From Nitrososphaerota archaeon (GTDB taxonomy: Archaea > Thermoproteota > Nitrososphaeria > PSMU01): a stretch of DNA of 64,000 bases. Where the stretch lies: contig PSMU01000003.1 of the NCBI GenBank assembly GCA_040290255.1, positions 64,001-128,000 of the forward strand. The letters run 5' to 3'. The position numbers were made by a program, and so were the translations under genes. The notes beneath the pieces were generated by a model. The model was given only the letters and a program-made list of their open reading frames with translations. It was not told where the DNA came from and did not search any database. This document shows positions 57,122-64,000 of the stretch, one piece after another (the first letter of the stretch is position 1; every line of letters begins with the position of its first letter).

Positions 57122-57652
57122 ATGGCCTATTCGGAGGAGGAGGTGAAGCGGGCGGCCGCGATGAAGCAGTGGCTAGAGGAAAGGATCAGGGAGCTGAGGG
57201 AGGAGGAGGAGAGGCTGAAGGACATGCTGGCCATCGTGAACGCCGTGCTGGGCGCCGCGAGCTTCAAGAAGGCCTCGAGCCTCTTCGAACAGATCACCGA
57301 GACGAGGGAGCTGAGGAGGCAGGCGGACGGGAGGCTGCTGGCCATCGCCGAGATAACCCCGAAGGAGCTCACGCTGAGGCCGGCCGAGGGGCTCAAGTTC
57401 TACACCAGGACGCCGCCCTTCAGGTCCTTCTTCGTCGGCAAGATCCTGGAGGGCATGAGGGCCTCCGATGAAGAGGGCGTGAGGAAGGGGGAGCTGAAGC
57501 CCGAGGAGGCCTTCGGCTACGCGCTCGAGGAGGAGGAGGGCGTGCTGAAGAGGATCATCATAAGGAACTACAGGGATCAGGTCAGGCTAAAGGACCTGCT
57601 GAAGAGCTTCCAGTGGACGCTCGAGAGGATGCTGGAGAAGGTCCCCGCCTAG
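57122..57652 (+). CDS. Conserved hypothetical protein (Thaumarchaeota/TACK type) with N-terminal coiled coil
   Basis: SFKKAS, TPPFRSFF, IIIRNYR, WTLERM recall a Nitrosopumilus-type conserved protein; TATA TTTATATA at 57090-57097. Confidence 0.8.
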   Translation: MAYSEEEVKRAAAMKQWLEERIRELREEEERLKDMLAIVNAVLGAASFKKASSLFEQITETRELRRQADGRLLAIAEITPKELTLRPAEGLKFYTRTPPFRSFFVGKILEGMRASDEEGVRKGELKPEEAFGYALEEEEGVLKRIIIRNYRDQVRLKDLLKSFQWTLERMLEKVPA

Positions 57653-57701
57653 GGAAGGTTTAAAAGGGGGAAGGCACGCCGTTCCGTGGGCAAGGAGAGC
57701 C

Positions 57702-59156
57702 TTGCCCAGCTTCTACGAGCGGTTAAGGGATGCGGTAGGCGCATATACCTTCAGGGATGTGATCCTGCTGCCTGGCCTAAGCGAAGTGGAGCCGCAGGAC
57801 GTGGACCTTGGCACGCGCTTTAGCACGAACATCATCCTGCGCCTGCCCTTCGTGTCATCGCCCATGGACACCGTTACGGAGGCCGACATGGCCATCGCGC
57901 TGGCCAGGGAGGGTGGGATAGGGGTGCTGCACAGGAACATGAGCGTAGAGGAGCAAGTCGATATGGCGAGGCGCGTGAAGCGCGCCGAGTCCTTCATAAT
58001 AAGGGATGTGGTCACCATATCGCCCAAGGCCACCGTAAGAGAGGCCCTCGAGCTGATGGCCAGGCATAACATCTCGGGCCTGCCTGTGGTGCTTGATGGC
58101 AGGCTCGTGGGCATCGTCACGAAGAGGGACGTGAGCTTCGCGGCGCCGAGCCTCCTGGTCGAGGCCGTGATGACCAGGGATGTGATCACCGCGGGCCCCT
58201 CGATCACGATCGAGGAGGCGAAGGCGATCATGCACCAGCACAGGGTGGAAAAGCTGCCCGTGGTGGACTCCGAGAAGAGGGTCATAGGCCTCATCACGAT
58301 CAAGGACATCTACTCGAGGGAGAAGTACACCAGGGCCACGAGGGATGAGGAAGGGAGGCTCAGGGTGGCCGCGGCCATCTCTCCCTTTGACCTGGAGAGG
58401 GCCAGGGCGCTGGATAGGTATGTGGATGCGCTCGTGACGGACGTGGCCCACTTCCACAACAGGGCGGTGCTGGAGGCGGCGAAGAGGCTGGCCAAGGAGG
58501 TGAGCGCGGACCTCATCATAGGGAACCTGGGCACGAGCCAAGGCGTCGAGGACGCCATCACATACCTCGAGAGGGTCGACGGGCTCAGGATGGGGATAGG
58601 CTCCGGCTCAACCTGCCTCACCTCCGACCTAACGAAGGCCGGCGCGCCGACGCTCTTCGCCGTCGCCCAGGCCGCGGACGTGCTGAGGAAGTACGGACAG
58701 GCCATACCGATCATAGCCGATGGCGGGATCAGGAACCCGGGCGACGCGGCCGTCGCGCTGGCGGCGGGGGCTTCTTCGGTGATGATGGGCTTCGTCTTCG
58801 CGGGCTGCACGGAGTCGCCGGGCCACCTAATAAAGGTCGGCAACAGGTACTACAAGCCCCACCGCGGCATGGGCAGCGCGGCGGCCAGGCAGAGGAGGTA
58901 TGCCGTGGATAGGTATCAGCCCTCGAAGGGGATCGCGGAGGGAGTGGAGGGGCTCGTGCCCTATAGGGGGGACGTGGCGAAGGTCGTGGAGGAGTTCGAA
59001 GCTGGCCTTAAGGCGGCCCTGGGCTATGCCGGGGCCAAGAGCATTCAGGAGCTGTGGGAGAGGGCCACCTTCGCGCTCGTCACGCCCAGCGGCGTGCAGG
59101 AGCTGAGGCCCCACAGCATCATCCTGCCGGGCGAGGGCGCGTATGAGGGCTCCTGA
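57702..59156 (+). CDS. guaB: IMP dehydrogenase with CBS pair
   Basis: SSPMDTVTE, GIGSGSTCLT, IADGGI, RGMGS, EGVEG motifs. Confidence 0.96.
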   Translation: MPSFYERLRDAVGAYTFRDVILLPGLSEVEPQDVDLGTRFSTNIILRLPFVSSPMDTVTEADMAIALAREGGIGVLHRNMSVEEQVDMARRVKRAESFIIRDVVTISPKATVREALELMARHNISGLPVVLDGRLVGIVTKRDVSFAAPSLLVEAVMTRDVITAGPSITIEEAKAIMHQHRVEKLPVVDSEKRVIGLITIKDIYSREKYTRATRDEEGRLRVAAAISPFDLERARALDRYVDALVTDVAHFHNRAVLEAAKRLAKEVSADLIIGNLGTSQGVEDAITYLERVDGLRMGIGSGSTCLTSDLTKAGAPTLFAVAQAADVLRKYGQAIPIIADGGIRNPGDAAVALAAGASSVMMGFVFAGCTESPGHLIKVGNRYYKPHRGMGSAAARQRRYAVDRYQPSKGIAEGVEGLVPYRGDVAKVVEEFEAGLKAALGYAGAKSIQELWERATFALVTPSGVQELRPHSIILPGEGAYEGS

Positions 59157-60672
59157 AAAGATAGCCGTCCTGGACTTCGGCTCGCAGTACTCCCACCTGC
59201 TCGTGAGGCGGATAAGGGAGCTGGGCGTCTACGCCGAGCTCCTTCCTCATGATGCGCCGCTCGAAAAGCTGGCCGGGTACAGGGGCCTCGTCCTCTCCGG
59301 GGGACCGGCGCATGTCTACCAGGAGGGGGCGCCAAAGCCCCCTGAGGGGCTCTTCGGGCTGGGCAGGCCCGTGCTGGGCGTCTGCTATGGCCACCAGCTG
59401 ATAGCCGCCCTGCTGGGGGGCAAGGTGGCCCGGGGGGAGGTGAGGGAGTACGGCAAGGTGCCGCTGCTGCACACGGGCCGCGGGCTCTTTTCGGGCCTCC
59501 CGAGCCCCCTGACCGTGTGGATGAGCCACTACGATGAGGTAAAGGAGCCGCCGCCCGGCTTCGCCATCACGGCCTCCTCGGAGGGCTGCCGCGTGGCCGC
59601 CATGGAGGACGGCGCCAGGGCCATCTACTCGCTTCAGTTTCATCCCGAGGTCTCGCATACACAGGGGGGCCAGGAGCTCCTGAGGCGCTTTGTGCTCGAG
59701 GTCTGCGGCTGCAATCCCTCTTGGTCGCCCGAGCAGGAGGTGGAGGGGCTCATAGAGCAGGTGAGGAGGGAGGTGGGCGACGGCAGGGTGCTCTGCGCCG
59801 TGAGCGGGGGCGTGGATTCCGTCACCACGGCCTACATCGTGCACAGGGCGGTGGGCGATGGGCTCGTCTGCCTCTTCGTGGACACGGGCCTGCTCAGGAA
59901 GGGGGAGGCGGAGGAGGTCAGGGAGGCGCTCGAGCGCGCCGGCATAAGGTTCATCTACGTGAACGCGGCCGAGAGGTTTCTGGCGAGGCTGAAGGGGCTT
60001 CGCACGCCAGAGCAGAAGCGGCGCGCCATCGGCGAAGAGTTCGCCAGGATCTTCGAGGAGGAGGCCAGGAGGCTGGGCGGACTAACCCACCTGGCCCAGG
60101 GCACGCTCTATCCGGATGTCATTGAGAGCGCCGCGGCCGGCAAGCTCGCCTCGAGGATAAAGGCCCATCATAACGTCGGCGCCTTGCCCAAGGACCTCTC
60201 CCTTAAGCTCGTGGAGCCGCTCAGGTCCTTCTACAAGGATGAGGTGAGGAGGATAGCCAGGAGGCTGGGCGTGCCGGGAAGCATCGTCGAGCGCCACCCT
60301 TTCCCCGGGCCCGGCCTGGCCGTGAGGGTTATAGGCGAGGTCACGCCCGAGAAGCTGGAGGCCTGCAGGCTGGCCAGCCATATCGTGGAGGAGGAGCTCA
60401 GAAGGGCGGGCCTCTACTCCTCGGTCTGGCAGGCCTTTGCGGTCGTGGGCGATGACCTGGCCACGGGCGTGAAGGGCGATGAGGGGGAGTTGGGCTATAT
60501 GGTGACCGTGCGCGTGGTCCACTCCGAGGATGGCATGACGGCCACGTGGGCCAGGCTGCCTCACGAGCTGCTGGAGAGGATCAGCAGGAGGATCGTGGGC
60601 GAGGTGCCCGGCGTGACGTGGGTCACATATGCCATCTGCGATAAGCCCCCCTCCACCATAGAGCCCCAATAA
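59143..60672 (+). CDS. guaA: GMP synthase (fused GATase and ATP-PPase)
   Basis: DFGSQY, GVCYG, QFHPE, SGGVDS, HHNVG, HPFPGPG, KPPSTIE motifs. Confidence 0.97.
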   Translation: MRAPEKIAVLDFGSQYSHLLVRRIRELGVYAELLPHDAPLEKLAGYRGLVLSGGPAHVYQEGAPKPPEGLFGLGRPVLGVCYGHQLIAALLGGKVARGEVREYGKVPLLHTGRGLFSGLPSPLTVWMSHYDEVKEPPPGFAITASSEGCRVAAMEDGARAIYSLQFHPEVSHTQGGQELLRRFVLEVCGCNPSWSPEQEVEGLIEQVRREVGDGRVLCAVSGGVDSVTTAYIVHRAVGDGLVCLFVDTGLLRKGEAEEVREALERAGIRFIYVNAAERFLARLKGLRTPEQKRRAIGEEFARIFEEEARRLGGLTHLAQGTLYPDVIESAAAGKLASRIKAHHNVGALPKDLSLKLVEPLRSFYKDEVRRIARRLGVPGSIVERHPFPGPGLAVRVIGEVTPEKLEACRLASHIVEEELRRAGLYSSVWQAFAVVGDDLATGVKGDEGELGYMVTVRVVHSEDGMTATWARLPHELLERISRRIVGEVPGVTWVTYAICDKPPSTIEPQ

Positions 60673-60690
60673 AAAGCCTGAAAAGAAAGC
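60669..60690 (-). terminator. U-rich terminator-like tract after the thermosome gene
   Basis: Minus strand reads CTTTCTTTTCAGGCTTTTTA just after the TAG. Confidence 0.55.
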
Positions 60691-60693
60691 GGC

Positions 60694-62364
60694 CTAATCC
60701 TCGAAGGAGGGCGTGGAGCTACCCTCGCCTCCCTCCTCGCCCGTCTTAGGCTTGCTCGGCTCCTTGGCCTTGCTGGCGGCTATGATGTCGTCGATCCTCA
60801 GGATCATGCTCGCGGCCTCAACGGCGGACTTTATGACCTGCTCCTTGACGGCCAGGGGCTCCCAGACGCCCAGCTCGCCCGCATCGGCCACCTTGCCCTT
60901 CTCCACGTCCACGCCGGGCCACGCGACGCCCGCGGCCAGCTTTGCCCTGAGCTCCGTCTGAATATCGATAGGGTCTAAGCCCGCGTTCTCCGCGATGGTC
61001 AGCGGCAGCTGCTCCAGCGCCTCCGCGAACCTCTGAGCGGCCAGCTGCTCCCTGCCCGGCAGGCTGGAGGCCCACTTCCTGACCTCGGTGGCCGCGATCG
61101 CCTCGGGGGCGCCCGCGCCCAGCACCACATAGGGATACTCGACGACGTCCTTGGTCACCATCAGCGCATCGTTAACGCTCCTCTCGGCCTCGTCCACGAC
61201 GCGCTGCGTGCCGCCCCTTATGAGGATCGTCACGGACTTCGGATTCTTGCAGCCCTCTATGAAGACCCACTTGTCCTCCTCGAGCCTGCGCTCCTCGACC
61301 AGCTCGGCATAGCCGAGGTCCTGAGGCGTCAGGTCCTCGAGGTTGGTCACGATCCTCCCCCCGGTGGCCTTGGCCAGCTTCTCCATATCGCTCTGCTTTA
61401 CCCTCCTGACGGCCAGGATGCCCGCCTTGGCCAGGTAGTGCTGGGCCACATCATCGATGCCCTTCTGGCAGATGACCACGTTGGCGCCCACCGAAACGAT
61501 CTTGTCCACCATGCCCTTCAGGATCTTGTTCTCTTCATCCAAGAAGAGCCTTATCTGGTCGGGCGAATTGATGTTGATCTTGGCATCCAGCTCCGTCTTC
61601 TCGACCTCCAGCGGCGCGTTGATGAGCGCGATCTTGGCGTTCTTCACCTGCTTGGGCATGCCGGGGTGCACGACCTCCTTGTCGAGCACGATTCCGCGAA
61701 TGAGCTTCGTATCCCTGATGGAGCCGCCGGGCTTCTTCTCGACCTTCACCGCATCCCTGTCCACCTTCCAGCCGCCATCGTAGGGCTCCCTGACCTGAAG
61801 GATGGCCTCCACGGTCAGGCCCGCCAGATATTCCGCCTCCTCCGCCACCAGCTTGGTCAGCATGGCCGTCAGGGCCACCTTCTTCAGGGTCTCCTTGTCA
61901 TCGGGGGAGACCTTTATCGCGCGCTGCTTCAGCACCTCAAGGGCCCTATCGGCGGCCTTCCTGTAGCCCTCCACGATGAGCGTGGGGTGCACCTCCCGCT
62001 CGATCAGCTCCTCCGCCTTCTCGAGCAGGAAGCCTGCAAGCACGACGGAGCTGGTGGTGCCATCGCCCACCTCGTTGTCCGTGGCCTTTGCCACCTCCAC
62101 GAGCATCTTCGCGGCGGGATGCTGCACGTCGATCTCCTTCAGGATGGTGGCGCCATCGTTGGTGATCGTCACATCGCCGAGGGAATCGACGAGCATCTTG
62201 TCCATGCCCCTGGGCCCTAGGCTGCTCCTCACCACCTCAGCGAGCAGCTTGGCGGCGAGGATGTTGTTCCTCTGGGCCTCCCTTCCCCTCGTCTGGGAGG
62301 TGCCCTCCTTCAGGATCAGGACGGGCTGACCGGACTGAGTGACGGCTGGGATCGCGGTGGCCAT
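60694..62364 (-). CDS. thsB: Thermosome (group II chaperonin) subunit, beta-like
   Basis: GPRGMDKM, TNDGATI, GDGTT, ILRIDD motifs; SD AGGTGAT upstream. Confidence 0.93.
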   Translation of the reverse strand: MATAIPAVTQSGQPVLILKEGTSQTRGREAQRNNILAAKLLAEVVRSSLGPRGMDKMLVDSLGDVTITNDGATILKEIDVQHPAAKMLVEVAKATDNEVGDGTTSSVVLAGFLLEKAEELIEREVHPTLIVEGYRKAADRALEVLKQRAIKVSPDDKETLKKVALTAMLTKLVAEEAEYLAGLTVEAILQVREPYDGGWKVDRDAVKVEKKPGGSIRDTKLIRGIVLDKEVVHPGMPKQVKNAKIALINAPLEVEKTELDAKININSPDQIRLFLDEENKILKGMVDKIVSVGANVVICQKGIDDVAQHYLAKAGILAVRRVKQSDMEKLAKATGGRIVTNLEDLTPQDLGYAELVEERRLEEDKWVFIEGCKNPKSVTILIRGGTQRVVDEAERSVNDALMVTKDVVEYPYVVLGAGAPEAIAATEVRKWASSLPGREQLAAQRFAEALEQLPLTIAENAGLDPIDIQTELRAKLAAGVAWPGVDVEKGKVADAGELGVWEPLAVKEQVIKSAVEAASMILRIDDIIAASKAKEPSKPKTGEEGGEGSSTPSFED

Positions 62365-62436
62365 TACAAGATCACCTAAAGGGGGCGCGGGCCAACGGCT
62401 ATTTAAGTTTTTTAGAGGGCGGCGCCCCTTGAGGGC

Positions 62437-63429
62437 GTGGGCGAGGCGCCCTTCGGGCTGCTGGACTATGTGAAGTATCCCTTCCTGCCCGGCTTCGAGC
62501 AGCTCCTGAAGATGGCGCCGGCGCTGGATGCCCCAGAGGCCGCCAGGCTGCTCGGGCCCGCCAGGGTAAGGCTACAGGGGGCCAGGGCGAACAGGCCGCT
62601 CGAGTACCCCGAGGCCGAGGCCCGGCCCGAGGACTGGGGGCTCTCGTTCTACATAGCGGCCCTGGCGATAAGGGCGGTGGGCAGCGCGGCGCTGCTCAGG
62701 AGGTATGCGAGGGTGGAGGCGGCCAGGGTGAGGAGGGCCTTCGAGGGGGACTTGAGCTCTCGCCCCTACCGCCAGACGATGCTCCAGGTGGTGAACGGCC
62801 TCTTCAGGCTGGACCTCCTGCAGGAGGACGATAGGATCAGCTGCGGCGTCGCCAACTACCTGAAGGCCCTGGCGGCCATGCCCTCCATACCGCCCAACCT
62901 GAAGCTCGTGAACAGGCCCGTTTCCTCGGGTCGGGTAAGGCTCACCGAGGCCGAGCTGGTGGAGCTGGTGAAGGGAAGATGGTATGGGTATATCCTCTCC
63001 AGGCTCATGGCCATGCCGAGGCCGGGGCCGCTCCCTGACCCTCTGAGGCCGCTGTATGAGGAGGCCAGGACGATGGCGGAGGAGCTGGAGGCCGGCAGGG
63101 CCGCCGTCAAGCCCGGGGGATATGACTATATCGAGAAGCTGCTCGAGAGGCCGGTCACGGACGGCAGGCATCGGCTCGTTTGGCTCGTGCTCACGCCTTA
63201 CCTGGTCAACATAAAGGGGCTGGATGTAGAGGAGGCCGTGGCCCACACGGTGGACTACCTCAGGCGCACGGGCTGGTCCGAGCCGCGCCTGCAGGCCCTG
63301 GCGCGCTATCATGCGGAGAGGGCCAAGAGGATAGGGCTTAGGCCGCCGAAGCTCTCCACGATAAGGGCCAAGGATCCGCAGCTCTATGCCATCATCTCGG
63401 GCGCGCTGGGGCTGAGAGAAGCGAGCTAG
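62437..63429 (+). CDS. DNA primase large-subunit N-domain fused to a PriX-like C-domain
   Basis: KYPFL...KLVNRPV..G.V.L (PriL N-domain); YDYIEKLL...DGRHRLVWLVL.PYLVNIKG (PriX-like); only one Cys. Confidence 0.78.
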   Translation: MGEAPFGLLDYVKYPFLPGFEQLLKMAPALDAPEAARLLGPARVRLQGARANRPLEYPEAEARPEDWGLSFYIAALAIRAVGSAALLRRYARVEAARVRRAFEGDLSSRPYRQTMLQVVNGLFRLDLLQEDDRISCGVANYLKALAAMPSIPPNLKLVNRPVSSGRVRLTEAELVELVKGRWYGYILSRLMAMPRPGPLPDPLRPLYEEARTMAEELEAGRAAVKPGGYDYIEKLLERPVTDGRHRLVWLVLTPYLVNIKGLDVEEAVAHTVDYLRRTGWSEPRLQALARYHAERAKRIGLRPPKLSTIRAKDPQLYAIISGALGLREAS

Positions 63430-64000
63430 CCCTGACCGCGATCGCCTCGGCCATCTCCTTGGTGCCCGCGCTGCCGCCCAAGTCATAGGTGACCTGCTTG
63501 CCCTCCCTGAGCACCTCCTCGACGGCCGCCTCTATGGCCCGCGCCTCCCTCGTGAAGCCCAGGTATTCCAGCAGCCAGCCCGCCGAAAGGATCATGGCCA
63601 CGGGGTTCACCCTGTTCTGGCCCTTATACTTGGGCGCGCTCCCATGAGAGGGCTCGAACATGGCATAGTTATCGCCTATGTTCGCGCTGGGGATCATGCC
63701 TATGCTCGCCACCAGCGCCGAGGCCTCTTCGCTGATGATGTCCATGAAGAGGTTGGGGCCCAGGAGCACGCTCTCGTTAAACCGCTGGGGGTTCTTGACG
63801 AGCTGCTGGGCGAGGTTGTCCACCAGGTACTCCTCCAGCGCTATGCCAGGATGGCGAGCGGCCACACTTCGCGCCACCTCCAGGAAGAGCCCGTCGCTCT
63901 CCTTGAGGATGTTGGCCTTATTGACGACCACCACGCGGCTCCATCCCCTGCCCTTGGCCAGCGAGAAGGCGTACTCGCAGACCTTCTCGCTCGCCTGGCG
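63392..64000 (-). CDS. Isocitrate/isopropylmalate dehydrogenase family (5' end outside window)
   Basis: VNKANIL, NLFMDIISE, FEPSHGSAP, NPVAMILS, TYDLGG motifs. Confidence 0.93.
   Translation of the reverse strand, partial: RQASEKVCEYAFSLAKGRGWSRVVVVNKANILKESDGLFLEVARSVAARHPGIALEEYLVDNLAQQLVKNPQRFNESVLLGPNLFMDIISEEASALVASIGMIPSANIGDNYAMFEPSHGSAPKYKGQNRVNPVAMILSAGWLLEYLGFTREARAIEAAVEEVLREGKQVTYDLGGSAGTKEMAEAIAVRASSLLSAPARPR

Noticed and set aside
51908-60672. Topoisomerase lacking Zn ribbons; fused guaA
   Set aside because: Both are known variants in archaea and not novel.

Overview
Gene-dense, GC-rich (roughly two-thirds by eye) archaeal chromosomal segment with heavy AGG/ATA codon use, many GTG/TTG starts and TATA boxes often about 25-30 nt before the start. 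The gene content (thermosome, archaeal PheRS, TrmY, TrmI, HerA/NurA, Lhr, a GDGT ring synthase homolog, a DUF6659-like protein, a Thaumarchaeota-type hypothetical, PriL) suggests a thermophilic Nitrososphaerota/TACK archaeon; this is an inference. I saw no CRISPR array, rRNA, tRNA or mobile element. About 67 CDSs are called, three of them missing from the ORF track: a DtxR-like N-terminus, a 47-aa TRASH/YHS copper chaperone and a 23-codon uORF. Highlights: (1) an orphan membrane protein with both PmoC/AmoC-type copper-ligand motifs and no amoA/B nearby; (2) a rare methanogen-type SerRS in frame with pheT behind a single TAA and lacking a canonical start codon; (3) copA apparently starting at ACG; (4) a PriL whose Fe-S domain appears replaced by a PriX-like domain; (5) a Cys-containing uORF and structured leader on the ring synthase; (6) a Lhr-MPE/HerA-NurA cluster without Mre11/Rad50, interleaved with tRNA-modification genes. 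Family assignments come from motifs and remembered homologs; no searches were run.
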